From assembly GCF_009914755.1 (NCBI RefSeq), contig NC_060927.1: a DNA stretch of 64,000 nucleotides; one strand, 5' to 3'. Under the pieces are notes generated by a model, which saw only the letters and a list, made by a program, of their open reading frames with translations, was not told where the DNA came from and did not search any database. This document shows, piece after piece, positions 11,166 to 25,150 of the stretch (positions are counted from its first letter, which is position 1; each line of letters opens with the position of its first letter). The stretch comes from the human T2T-CHM13v2.0 reference genome, Homo sapiens. Both the position numbers and the translations under genes were made by a program.

Positions 11166-14100
11166 TCTCCTATGCGGAGTTTTCCTTTTTAAATATGACT
11201 CTTTTTTTTAAGAAAACAGACCCTTGCTTCAACCTTTTCTTCTCTTGCTCCTTATCTTTAACTGTGTTTGTAGAAGGTGAGAAAATGTGAACTACAGAAA
11301 GTTTGAGGAGACTGATACTCAGTATTTCTCTGTTTGGGAGAGAAAGGATAGAAAGCCTAAACCCCACTCTATTTGCACCATAGTAGCCATATACCCCCGT
11401 TTTTAAAAACTATGTCAAGAACCTGATGAGTGCTGAAATCAAGGCCGATGACTGGAAACTGTCTACCTGCTTGTTTCTTTCCCTCACATTAGAGAGAGCC
11501 TGGCTAGCATGTGCAGTGGACTTATTGGATGGAAAGTTGGATGACTGTTTATTCTACTCTCAGAAAGACATGACTGTCATTAATCCCATGGGTCTTCTTC
11601 TATGTTTGTGACTCCTCCGAAGGCACTTCAGGCACACTTACAGTTTTTCATGCTTTCCAGTTACAAACACAAGGCTTGATTGAAAAAAAAAAAAAAAGGA
11701 TAAACTTAATAGTCCTTAATTAAGTCTTTCTTTCAATCAGAAAAGAATATTCTTGGCAATGTGTTTTTCCCTTGTTTTAGTAGGCTGGCTTTTATCCTTT
11801 TCCTTTTGGTTTTGATACTCCTTGCTCTCTGTTATATTTACTCATTTATTAAAATATTAGACAAGATAAAGCAATAAAGGCAGGAAAAATATACTCCTGT
11901 TGCAAACAATTTATTCTGATAAACTGATTAAAAATAAATTCCAACTTAAGTCCTATGTTGAGGTAGAGAAGCAGTGAGAAGCCGATATCTGTCTCTGAGG
12001 GAAAATGAGAAGTGTAGGTAGAGAAAGGTTTTTCTTCCGTTCATACTGCTAATTTGGCTGGTGTGTTCAGAATGCACATGGGCCTCTGAAACTCTGATGG
12101 GCAAACATGTTTCAAAGGACTCAACAGCAGTCAGAGAGGCAATTCCAGAAGGGTAGGGGTGGGAGAGTCTAGAATCAGAACACTGATGCAGCCATATCTA
12201 CCTTTGTGTATTGTACCCACATTAGGCGTCTCTTTTTCTCCTGCTAAAGATTCAGGTGAGAGTTATGGCTGATAAATGGGAAAGGAGAGGAGTGAGAAGA
12301 CAAAGAAATCATGAATTTTTTGTAGGGAGAAGTCTCTCACTTTAAGACATGTGTGTGGAAGAGCCAAGAAGTATTAGAGTAAACTGCCTCTCCTCCCTTT
12401 TATTCCTCTAGTTAACTCAATGGCCTCTGGGGAAATGTGTTTGTGTGTTTGGGGACAATTAAAATTAAATTAACTTACTGAATTGTAAATAAAATTATCT
12501 CTGCTAAGAATTCAATCTTTTTTTTTCTCAAATGGATACTTTCACATACATACAAATTATCCTGGTACTTTTTTTCATTAAAAACAGAAATAGATGATTT
12601 TATAATTACCAACAGCAGATAGTTTTCCTAAAGGAAAAAAAGTAGCTTTGAAACATTAAAATTATCAATTGCATATACTTTGGAGTGTGACTTTAATATG
12701 TTCAGTAAATGTGCTGCAAACTTGTAAATTGTACAGTATGCATCATAGAATAACTTCAATGAGTCTCACTTTTCAAGGTCACTTAGGTGAAATGTAATAA
12801 TTATTGGCTTCAACACAGCAAAACTCTACTCACTTTAATAATGTTATCTATGATATATTTTTTGATTTTTAAAAAAATAGCTGTGCATTTCTCAATAAAA
12901 TAAATACTCATGATCAAGTAAATTGACACTATATATATGTTCATGTGTATATGATAAAAATCTGATGTGCATATATATGTGTAATTTTAGTTTCATACAT
13001 GAAATGCTTTATATATGATATATATACATATATGATAACATTATATGTATGTATATGCACACACAATCCACGTCCAAACAAGTATTTTCCAAATAATTTT
13101 TTTTTTGCTCACATACAACTACTACCATAGATTCAAAATGTTGAATAAATCAGTAGTTTTATCATTTATTTTGGACAATAGAAGATAGACAGTTGAATGT
13201 AAGGTATGAGGAAGGAACGTATAGACAACACTGACTGCAGTAGGTTTTCCCCATATTGGACTGGCAGGAAAGCTGGTGAATTTGCGTACGTGTGGCAATC
13301 AGTAGGTCACAACCAGCGAATTGCGATATCTTCAGGGTATTAATGAATCTGGTACAACTTATCTAAACAATCAAATTTGAGGAAAGATGGCAATGAACTA
13401 GTTGGAGAGGAAGGGAGGGGAAAATGGAGAGGAAATAACAATGGGGGTTTTCCAGGAAGTTCCTAGTCATCCATTTGGGGGTGGCGAATGTGTTTATCTG
13501 ATCTTAAAGCAATTACATCATAGAAATAAAGGAGACACTCCACTAAACCTCCAGTCATTTTATCCAAACCAGCAAGTTGTGTGATGCACACTGCAGTAAT
13601 AGGATTAACCCTCTGCAATAACAGGATGGACCCACACACAGAATTTGATTTGGATGTTGATGCTCACAGTGACACGCATGCATCGAGAGGGTATGAAGAG
13701 GTTTCTCCTGCATAGAATGAGGCTCTCTGTGGATTTCAGGTGGCTCTCAAACATGCTCTATATTGGTGAGAGACAGAAGGAAAGGAGACTGGCTTGGATT
13801 TTTTTTTTTTTTAAATGGGGGCTAGGACATGGGACCAAGCTGTGGCTTCCTCTTTGTGGTTTAAACTTTCATTGGCAAAGGAGATATCACCTGGGCTTTC
13901 TTCACAGCTTGCCCATAGGTGAGGCTGAGGAGAAGAAGGAAGGGTGAGGCTTAAAAGCTGTCAGCAGTCAAACAACAAAAAATGGAGTTGGACTCTTTAT
14001 TTACACAAAGGGATCCGAATGTACTGTATACTGAGACCTCATCTGTCAAATTCACTATCCCAAAATTACAATTACAGATAATTTTGTCCAGAGTTAAGGT

Positions 14101-14434
14101 GGGTTTAAAGCATTCCTTCAAGTTTCTTACCTTGTTAGGTGAGGCCTATCAAATCTTCAAATATTTTCCTTTCTGCCAATCATAGGATATAAGGTGCTGC
14201 CATTCAAGAACTATTCCTAGTGCCTCAAAGTCTCAAGAGAAGGAAATACTCAGATATTTCAATAAACGATGCCTTAATAGTAAGCAATTTAACAAAGGTG
14301 TGAAGCTCAGTGTTTGTTTCTGGACTAAGAGGGAGCAGAGAGAATTGAACAGCAGCTTGAAGCAATGGGCACAATGACATAATAGATTTAAAAGAAAATA
14401 ATGTTTTATGTCAAAATTGTGCTGAATTACATTT

Positions 14435-14471
14435 ATGGGTATGGGTATGGGTGTGGGTGTGGGTGTGTGGG
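14435..14471 (+). repeat. (TRTGGG)n repeat with six G3 tracts (G-quadruplex motif)
   Basis: gggtatgggtatgggtgtgggtgtgggtgtgtggg. Confidence 0.85.
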
Positions 14472-14736
14472 TGGTAGAAAAGGAAAAGACAAGAAGAATC
14501 TTTAGTCCAACGTGAGCTCTCACAGGTAACTGAGTGTTAAACCTGCCACTTATACCTAGCCTGCCTGGACTCCAGCAGGTATTCATTATTTCTTCAGCTA
14601 TTGTTTTCTTGAAATCAACGAACCCTGAAAGACAGGGCATTCTCACTAATTCAAAAGGATGATATGGAATTTCTGTTACTTTTTTAAACTTCCCTCTGTT
14701 TTATTTACTCATTTATTCAAATATCCATTTAATAAA

Positions 14737-14737
<1 letters not shown>

Positions 14738-14768
<31 letters not shown>
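14738..14768 (+). repeat. (TG)n microsatellite
   Basis: Seen directly. Confidence 0.95.
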
Positions 14769-14771
<3 letters not shown>

Positions 14772-14854
14772 GCTCTGTATTGTTATTAATTTGCACAGTC
14801 TGATACTGCTTTTAGTTTGTGATTTAAGAAACTTTGAATTAGAATATCAGTATT

Positions 14855-14992
14855 GTTGAGTGTGATGGCATGCACCAGTAGTCCCATCTACTTGAGAGGT
14901 TGAGGTCGGAGGATCTCTTGAGCCCAGGAATTTGTGTTCAGCCTGGGCAACGTAGCAAGACCCTTGCCTCTAAAAATACAAATAAAACATAT
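14855..14992 (+). mobile_element. FLAM_A-like free left Alu monomer
   Basis: gtagtcccatctacttgagaggttgagg..ggatctcttgagcccagg..cagcctgggcaac; degenerate TSD aatatYagtatt at 14843-14854 and 14993-15004. Confidence 0.85.
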
Positions 14993-16277
14993 AATATTAG
15001 TATTCGTTCAGCACATATTTACTTAATATTTAATGTATTCTCTCATCCCAAAATTATTCAAAATCCTTAAAACCTAAAGATAAAAGGGCATAGTTTCTAT
15101 ATAAATAATGATTATGAATTGCTACTGCATTAAATAATTTCAAAGGTGAGAAGACTAAGACATGTCAAACTTAGGTGATTTACTCAAGATCACAAGGAGA
15201 CCAAATAATATAGCTGGTTTCTTGCTTTTCAGTGCATTGTTGTTCTACTATCATTTTGAGTTTCAAAGACTCTTCAAAGAAAATGTAGGATTTGTTGATA
15301 GGCAAGCTAGCTTGAAAGGAAAAGATTTGAAATCTAACAACCACTGATTTTCAAATATTTTATCTAATTCCCTCAAACCTAGTTTCCAAATACAGCAAAT
15401 TTTTCACTCATCATATTTTGTCACACTGTTTAGTGGATAAAAATACTTTCAGTGTCTATGAGAGAAAGAGTCAAATGAAAACTAAAACTACCAAAGGTGT
15501 GCCTTCATGATAACCAAGAATTTAGTGGAATTCTGTCACTTGAAATTACCCAACAGCTGGAAGATTGACATCATATATGTAACACATTTGTTGTTTGTAT
15601 ACTTATAAATTGTTTTCAGAATGAGAATTATGGAGCTATTTTTCTCTTATAAACTTGTGTACCACTGCAGCTTTTTCTATACCTGTGTCCCATCTTCACT
15701 CTCAGCCTTCTCAGCCTTTGCTCCCAGCCCTTATTTCCATTGTTTTGTTAAAAGCTTAATAAATCATTATTTAATTTTAAAGAAAGTTATCAAACAAGAA
15801 GAGCAGTAGTAATGTACCTTATCGATGACACCTTGATCATGATTGACACTTCAGGGTAAGAAAGAATTAGTATGGTCCAACCTAACTTTAAATATAAATT
15901 ATGTAGAAACCATTACTCTTGAACAGACTAAAGGATATTCTGAAATGTATTATAGATTCAAAAATCAAGTGAAACATTAAATATTTGAAACAGGATCAAT
16001 TTATAAACTTACAACTGATAGCATGAAGATAATATTTAATAAAATCTTAATACTATTAGTAATACTCAAGAAATAAAGACAGAAGAAAATATTTTTTCAG
16101 AATCTTGTCATATTCGCATGTTATTACACTCTAAAAAATGTTGACTTCCTGTTCAGGGATGATTCTATCACATATACATTTTTTCCATGTTCTATAAAAA
16201 GGTGAGTTTTTAAAAATCGAAAATTGATTTACCTTTTTTCATTAGATTTGAATTATTTAAACTTAACATATACTATT

Positions 16278-16447
16278 ATTTTTGTTTTTAGAGATGGAAT
16301 CTTGCTATGTTTCCAGGCTAGAGTGCAGTGCCGATTCACAGACACAATCATAACTCACTGTAGCCTCTAACTCTGGGTCTCAAGTGATCCTCCTGCCTCA
16401 GCCTCCTGAGTAGCTGGAATTACAATGTGTGCCACTATGCCCAGTTG
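16278..16447 (-). mobile_element. FAM (fossil Alu monomer)
   Basis: ggctagagtgcagtgccgattcacag matches the FAM-specific gtgaatagccactgcac segment; degenerate TSD catataYtaYt. Confidence 0.8.
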
Positions 16448-16485
16448 CATATATTACTCTTGTTTGCAATTGACTTATAGGGCAC

Positions 16486-16993
<508 letters not shown>

Positions 16994-17184
16994 CACAGCA
17001 CAATAAAATTTTGACTATGAAATGAGATGTCTGTTCAAGCAATCAACCAGCAAGTGCATGAGACCTGATATTGTAGGCACTGTGGAAGACAAAGAGGAAA
17101 TATAATTACATTAAACTACCTTTACTGATTGCGCTCAGGCTGGCTGAAGTGTCAACTGAGGCTATGTATCAAAATTCTTGAGTC

Positions 17185-17420
17185 TCAGCTTGGACATCAG
17201 AAACTTAGGTTTATAATCTAGTTTTGCTACTTACTTTGAAATTAGGAACTTTATTTAAACACAGAAATCCTGCTCTTTCTCATCTGTAAGGTAATGATAA
17301 TAATAACAATAACAATACCTACTTCAGAAGATGCCTGGGAATACTTCATGTAAACAAAATTTTAACATACTGCCTTGCTTCCAATGTGAGTGTAGTAAAT
17401 GGTAGCTGTTATTGTTGTCA
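17185..17420 (+). mobile_element. MIR SINE
   Basis: tttctcatctgtaaggtaatgataataata..acctacttcaga..gtaaatggtagctgttatt. Confidence 0.75.
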
Positions 17421-17926
17421 TCACCAGAAATGAAGTAGAGATTAATTAACAGTTTACTTTTGGTGGGTGTAGTAGTTACTAGAAGTGTTACCCAATGTGG
17501 CAAGTGAAGCTTGAACTTGAACAAGACCTTGACAAATGGGTAGGCAGATAACTAAAATATTCTTCCTAAGTTAAGAATTATAAGCACAAGTAGGGAGAAC
17601 ATGAGATTTTTGAGGGTACTGAGAACAACCAGCCTGGAGTGAAAACTCCATATCTTGGATAAAAACAAACAGTTTCAATAGGGATTTAAGATCACTTTGA
17701 AAGAGGACCTTGGAAACCGAGGAAGAAGAACTGAAACAGTCTTTACTAAATGCCTTCTCATCACTGCACCAAGCCGGGGGTAAGAGGAGTAGGTGGTAAA
17801 ATGCAGAGGAAAAAGAAAGTCTTTAAGTCCCTTGAGGTATAGTTCAACAGAAATCTTTAGAATGATAGATAGTAGAATTTTAAGGAATGTCAATTGCCTT
17901 CAGCCCCAAAGAAAAAAATAATATCC

Positions 17927-18280
<354 letters not shown>

Positions 18281-21200
18281 TCATATTGAAGAGAGAAACA
18301 TAAGGAGCCATGAAGAAGTTCTTGAGAGTTCTAATTGATGTTATAGAAGAAAAGCTAGGCACCAGAGTGCAAGACGAAAGGAAGACAAGACAGTAGACAT
18401 GAGAAAGAATTTGAAGCCACAATGGAAAAAGTGACTTTGAGGATGCATGATGAAGACCTGTAACAGGTGTAAGTTCTTGGCCAAGCATGTTTTTGTATGT
18501 TGACATGTGAAAGAGGTCTGAACATGTTCGTATAATTACTATTGTTATTTTTCCCTTCTCAGTGCTGAATGTGAAAGTGTGAGGTCTCGGGAGACTGGAT
18601 GGTCTCAATAGCTCAGTTCCTTCTTGTTTATTTTGGAGTCTCTTTGCTTACGTTATTTTCAAACCGAGCTGTTTTCCTAGTCAATCATTTATCTTAACTC
18701 TCAGTGAGTCATGGAACCTTTTCTTTTTAAAGTGCAAAATCATCCTTTAAACATTTTTATATCCTCTCCTCACTATTTTTTATTCCACTTGGCTTGCTTT
18801 CATAGACATCTTCCATCCACATGGGATCCATTTTCTTCTTGCTCTTTGAAAAATAAGAAAAGTAACCTACACTAAGGAATAGGTCACAAAGATCAGTGGA
18901 GGAAAAGTGACAGGCTATGCTGCTGTATTATTTAGGCTTGACTCATCTTAAGTTGGTTACATTTATCACAAAAAGTAAGAAATGTATTGGAGAAAGGAGT
19001 TTTATTCATAGGAAAATCAGACTTATACTTCTGCCAACATTCTTAGTACATTATTTTCCTTTTCTGTATTAAAGATAAGGATCATTCAGAGATCATTTGA
19101 AAATTATAATTAAAAAGAAAATGTCTTCTTATCTGTAAGAAACAACTGTCCCATAGATTTTTCCTTTTCTTTATTTGGTATCATATTTTGATGTGAATTC
19201 TAATTCTAGTAATCAGCAACCACCCTACAAATATTCCATCACTCATGTTGACAAATTTCTAATACAATATATGCAACAAACACACAAATATCAAATGGCT
19301 CATAGTTCTGAACCTAACAAGATATGTCAGAGGCAAAGAAATATGGAGAATTATGCATTTTCTGTCTTCTTTGCGTAAAAAATTGATAACTTTGTGGCTA
19401 TATCAGTCAAAGTAATGGTAGGTGTGCCTAGGGAGGTTCTACTTTATACCTTAAGTATTATAAATGAATGGATTAGAATAAAGGGAATTGGGTTTATAGA
19501 GGCCAGTGTAGGAAATGGTGAGGAAACATAAGTTAGCAACATCAGGAAGTCATTAATGCCAGAAACCAGCTGACAACATGGAGCAGACACTGGCAAAGGT
19601 GGGGAGGTTACCTAAGTTCAAACTGGCCCTGGGGGGCAGCAGATAGCTTAGTTTATGGAATTATCAAATGTAGAAAAGCTCTAAGAACTGAAATGCATGC
19701 CATTGATGATGAAAACCATAAAATCGCAAGTGACATAAATTTTTAAATAATTGGTTTTCATAAAGTTCATAGAGCTAAGCAATAGAAGAAATGGGTTATT
19801 GATTTTGTCTAAGTTTCCCACTTGTGGGCTTACTGTCCCTTTCTAGATACATACACATACATACAGGTTTTTTTTCCTAATTTTGACATGCAATCATTTT
19901 CTTCTTATTTATCCTTATAACTTTGTTACATTAGCTTATAATATAAAATTCATCTTTTTATGTAATTATGATAGTATTTTGGATTTTTCATTCTTTTTTA
20001 CAGAAATGATTACTGCCTTAGGAGTCTGATTCAATTACTGGATTAAGAAGCCATTCTATTTTTTTATTTTATTGTGAAATCAACAAGCTAAAATGCTCTA
20101 AGAAAGCTAAAGAATAATCTGTCACGGGAGTAGTTTAAAAAAAAAAAGCTAAGGAAGACAGTCTCAAACAAGTTTAATGAGGCTCAGAGCTTGAGCTATT
20201 GTCTTTTAACCTATGAAAGTGACAGAATATAATAATTAAGATATAGAAATGTTTTAATGTTTTTCCAAAGGTAGGAAATAAACTCAATTTTTCTCTGTAC
20301 TATACTGTGTTATCTTACTCTCATGTGCTCCCAGCACAGTGAGGTAATAGTTCATGACAAGACAACATGGTAATCTGGCAGCCACACATTTTATTGCTGA
20401 TTGCCACCATTCTAAATAGCATATCTTTAAAAGATAAATGAAGATTTGAGCACAATGCAAAACATGCTTATCCTTCCAAATTTGGCACAATAAGTCAATA
20501 GGTTAAAAGGTTTAGGGCCATGCCTCTGGGAAACTGGTCCTGGGAGAGAATTAGCCCCACAGCTGTCAAGTGATAGGAAGAATGGAAAGGACTGTGAAAA
20601 TGACAAGCCATGGAACTGTAAAACAAAAATACTTAGGGACTGCTCTAGGGTTCTAAATGCTGGCTCAACACTTATTATTGAAGTAACCAATTATTTTTTT
20701 AACATATTAAAAATGTAGATTTAATTCCTATCCACCAATGCTCATTGCAAGCAGAAAATGGAGACCAGCAGTTATTGCACAATCTCCAAAGTAGCAATCT
20801 CTTACTATCAGTTAAACTCATTACCCTGAAATATTCTATTCTTGCCAATATACAATCATCATTTAAAATAATTAGTTAACAATTATCTAGAATACTAAAA
20901 TGACCTCCCAGAAAACTAATCACCTTGAGGGAGCATTACACTTTTTTTGCAAAGGACAAATACCACTTGAATTAATGATTTTTCCAAGATCATATTAGAG
21001 AAATATGGTGTGATTATCCATTTTAATTAGAACAACAATGGCAATAACAACAACAAGCCACTCCTTTGTGTTAAGTGCAACTGGGAGAAAATACTGAGTG
21101 GTAATAACTAAAATTCATTTCTGCCTTCTGTGTAGGAAGGATATATCTAATTATTTAATGGAAACAGAGAGAAATAATGACATTTTTAATTCAATTTTAT

Positions 21201-21429
21201 CAAGTCATGAACTGTTTGTTTGTACAAACTATGTGCCTTTAATTTAATAGCTTGATACTGAAAAAAATTACCAACTTTTTATTTATGAGTAGTAACAATT
21301 ACTTTTTCCTTTTTATGATTATAATACAATGATAAAGCACTACACTCCTCAAAGAATTAAACATTAAATTATATGGAATAGAGATATATCATGACATTAA
21401 AAGTGCTATGGGTTTATATTTTATTTTTC

Positions 21430-22400
21430 TTCTTTGAATTAATAGATGTACATAGTTAAGAAATGAATTATTACTATAAAACCTAGGACCAGAAATGAAG
21501 AAAGGAGGGAGGAAGAGCAAGCAATTTGTTGCCCCACCTCTTCTGAACTCTCCAGCCAGTCCCCTAAAAGGGGCCACTTTAAGTTTTTTTAACTGTATCT
21601 TTTCTCATTTAGCTGTGTTTTCAATTACCATTTTATAATGCTATTTTGTGAATGTTAAATTGATGTCTTCTTAAGAAAGGAGATTATTGAGTATCCTTAC
21701 ATCCAATACTCAATGCACTTCATCTCTACTCCCTATCTCCCTATCTTATATATCTCCTATGTTTTAAACAAATCAGTATTTAGTGTTATTGCTTGTATGA
21801 CTATGTAAAGCATTGTTCACAGATTAGCCATGTGGTATTATTTATTTCCATTAATTTCCTGCATGAAATTTCAATTTTCTAAAAGTTCCTATTTGTTTCT
21901 CTACTTGTTTAGTTTTCAAGGTATCTTTCATGAATTATTTCCCAAGTTACACAAACTTACTGAAAAATCTCTAAATGCCTACAAATATATCAGATGTTCT
22001 TTCCATTCCATTCTTTTAAGCTGAAGATATTGAAGCATGTTTCCCTCTTTCTTTCTCTTCTTTTTGTAAACAGCCTAATAATTCCCTTTGCCCCTCCCTC
22101 TTGCTTCTTTTCCTAAATCCTATGTATTCCCCTTCATGTTGGTGTCTTCATTTTGGAGGAAAACATTCTCCAGTAACTTCTCAGAAAGAGTGGACAGGAG
22201 ATATAAGTGTTGAGATACAGCAAATTTGGAAATTATTTAGCCTATACTTGGCTTGTTATTTGGCTAGGTATGAAATACTGGGGTAAAACCAATTTTCCCT
22301 CATAATTTTCTAAGGTTTTTTAGTTTGCAGTGTTACAGATTCAATCTTTTTTCTATATATGACACTCATTGGTATAACTCTTTCTTCACTTATTTTCCTA
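21430..22400 (-). mobile_element. HAL1/L1ME-like ancient LINE, left part
   Basis: tttggctaggtatgaaatactggggtaaaaccaattttccctcataatttt resembles HAL1; resumes at about 24590. Confidence 0.55.
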
Positions 22401-22409
22401 TAGCTCTCA

Positions 22410-22451
22410 GGGTATGTTAATTCATTCTTTTTTATGGCTGAGTAATATTCC

Positions 22452-22492
<41 letters not shown>

Positions 22493-22500
22493 CTCACAAT
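22410..22500 (-). mobile_element. L1PB fragment, left part, with (TG)n
   Basis: attcattctttttatggctgagtaatattcca-like, then (TG)n at 22454-22490. Confidence 0.75.
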
Positions 22501-22506
22501 TTCTTT

Positions 22507-24192
22507 TTTTTTAATTTTTTTTATTATCCTTTAAGTTCTAGGGTACATGTGTACAACGTGCAGGTTTGTTAAATATGTATACATGTGCCATGTTGGTGTG
22601 CTGCACCCATTAACTCATCATTTACATCAGGTGTATCTCCTAATGCTATCCCTCCCCACTCCCCCCACCCCACAACAGGCCCCAGTGTGTGATGTTCCCC
22701 ATCCTGTGTCCAAGTGTTCTCATTGTTCAATTCCCACCTATGAGTGAGAACATGTGGTGTTTGGTTTTCTGTCTTTCTGGTAGTTTGCTCAGAATGATGT
22801 TTTCCAGTTCATCCATGTCCCTACGAAGGACATGAACTCATCCTTTTTATGGCTGCATAGTATTCCATGGTGTATATGTGCCACATTTTCTTAATCCAGT
22901 CTATCACTGATGGACATTTGGGTTGGTTCCAAGTCTTTGCTATTGTGAATAGTGCTGTAATAAACATACATGTGCATGTGTCTTTATAGAAGCATGATGT
23001 ATAATCCTTTGGGTATATACCCAGTAATGGGATTGGTGGGTCAAATGGTATTTCTAGTTCTAGATCCTTGAGGAATCGCCACACTGACTTCCACAATGGT
23101 TGAACTAGTTTACAGTCCCACCAACAGTGTAAAAGTGTTCCTATTTCTCCACATCCTCTCCAGCACCTGTTGTTTCCTGACTTATTAATGATTACCATTC
23201 CAACTGGTGTGAGATGGTATCTCATTGTAGTTTTGATTTGCATTTCTCTGATGGCCAGTGATGATGAGCATTTTTTCATGTGTCTTTTGGTTGCATAAAT
23301 GTCTTCTTTTGAGAAGTGTCTGTTCATATCCTTCGCCCACTTTTTGATGGGGTTGTTTGATTTTTTCTTGTAAATTTGTTTGAGTTCTTTGTAGATTCCG
23401 GATATTAGCCCTTTGTCAGATGGGTAGATTGTAAAAATGTTCTCCCATTCTGTAGGTTGCCTGCTCACTCTGGTGGTAGTTTCTTTTGCTGTGCAGAAAC
23501 TCTTCAGTTTAATTAGATCCCATTTGTCAATTTTGGCTTTTGTTGCCATTGCTTTTGGTGTTTTAGTCATGAAGTCCTTGCCCATGCCTATGTCCTGAAT
23601 GGTATTGCCTAGGTTTTCTTCTAGGGTTTTTATGGTTTTAGGTCTAACGTTTAAGTCTTTAATCCATCTTGAATTAATTTTTGTATAAGGTGTAAGGAAG
23701 GGATCCAGTTTCAGCTTTCTACATATGGCTAGCCAATTTTCCAGCGCCATTTATTAAATGAGGAATCCTTTTCCCATTTATTGTTTTTGTCAGGTTTGTC
23801 AAAGATCAGATGGTTGTAGATGTGTGGTATTATTTCTGAGGGCTCTGTTCTGTTCCATTGGTCTATATCTCTGTTTTGGTACCAGTACCATGCTGTTTTG
23901 GTTACTGTAGCCTTGTTGTATAGTTTGAAGTCAGGTAGCGTGATGCCTCCAGCTTTGTTCTTTTGGCTTAGGATTGTCTTGGCAATGCGGGCTCTTTTTT
24001 GGTTCCATATGAACTTTAAAGTAGTTTTTTCCATTCTGTGAAGAAAGTCATTGGTAGCTTGGTGGGGATGGCATTGAATCTATAAATTACCTTGGGCAGT
24101 TATGGCCATTTTCATGGTATTGATTGTTCCTATCCATGAGCATGGAATGTTCTTCTATTTGTTTGTATCCTCTTTTATTTCGTTAAGCACTA
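22507..24192 (-). mobile_element. L1PA5-like 5'-truncated LINE-1 (ORF2 C-terminus plus 3' UTR, frameshifted)
   Basis: ORFs 22821-23750 and 23729-24034 are L1 ORF2p ([18 protein letters not shown] cysteine-rich domain); degenerate TSD tatMtcacaatWtcttt at 22490-22506 and 24193-24209. Confidence 0.96.
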
Positions 24193-24582
24193 TATATCAC
24201 AATATCTTTATCCATTCATTGATTTATGGGCATTTGGGCTGGTTCCATATTTTTGCAATTGCAAATTTTACTGCTATAAACATGCATGTTGAAGAATCTA
24301 TTTCATATAATGGCTTCTTTTCCTATGGGTAGATACCCAGTGGTGGGATTGTTGGATCAAATGATAGTTCTCCTTTTGGTTCTTTAAGGAATCGCCACAC
24401 TGTTTTCCATAGTGGTTGTACTAGTTTGCATTCCCGCCAGCAGTGTAGAACTGTTTCCTGTTCACTGCATCCATGCCAACATCTGTTGTTTTTTGATTTT
24501 TTGATCATGGCCATTCTTGAAGGAGTAAGGTGGTATCACCTTGTGGTTTTGATTTTCATTTCCCTGATCATTAGTGATGTTG
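24193..24582 (-). mobile_element. L1PB fragment, right part
   Basis: gggctggttccatatttttgcaattgc ... ttttcctatgggtagatacccagt; ORF 24323-24514 is ORF2-like. Confidence 0.88.
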
Positions 24583-24589
24583 TTTTCTC

Positions 24590-25150
24590 CTGTTTTCTGA
24601 TGCAACCTTTGAGTATTTGACTACCTGTATTGACATCTCAGTTTCTTTACTTTTCTCTTCTATTATCTTTTCTGTGTATCTTATCTTGTATTATCTTATT
24701 GTATTATCTTGTTGTATTCTCTTATCTTGTTTGTTTGTTTCTGTCCCTGGAATGTACCTTGATTTTGTCTTTCAGCTTTCTATTTAGTTGTGATATCTGC
24801 TGTCATATCTTTGATTTCCAGGATCTCTTTCTTGAACTCTGATGTTTAATTTTAAAATAACACTGTCTTGCTTAATGGATATAAAATTTTTCACAATATT
24901 AATTATAAGGATGTGTTCTTTCAAGTTGTTTTCTTTATGTACAATGTCTTTTTTTGGTGCATTTTTTTCCATTTGTTTGCTTTGTTTATTTCGTATTATG
25001 GCTTTTCTTCCAATATTATTGATTCTATGCTAGACTTTCTATTTAAACATAAAATACCAAAAATATAACTGGAGACTTCGCATGGCCATGGGGAAGAGAT
25101 GCTTGTCTGTGGATTTTGTTTCCTTTTATGAGATAGAATCTTCCTTGTGT
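24590..25150 (-). mobile_element. HAL1/L1ME-like ancient LINE, right part
   Basis: atttccaggatctctttcttgaactctga..gtcttgcttaatggatata resembles HAL1. Confidence 0.5.

Noticed and set aside
12225-12262. Possible 6-nt microexon (ctgctaaag ATTCAG gtgaga); similarly a 3-nt one near 43359
   Set aside because: Splice-like motifs alone are expected by chance in 64 kb; no supporting evidence
14435-14471. Interstitial telomeric repeat
   Set aside because: Units are TATGGG and TGTGGG, not TTAGGG
14233-14646. 137-aa minus-strand ORF
   Set aside because: Non-ATG start, runs through a simple repeat, no homology
22821-24034. 309-aa and 101-aa ORFs as host genes
   Set aside because: L1 ORF2p C-terminal fragments
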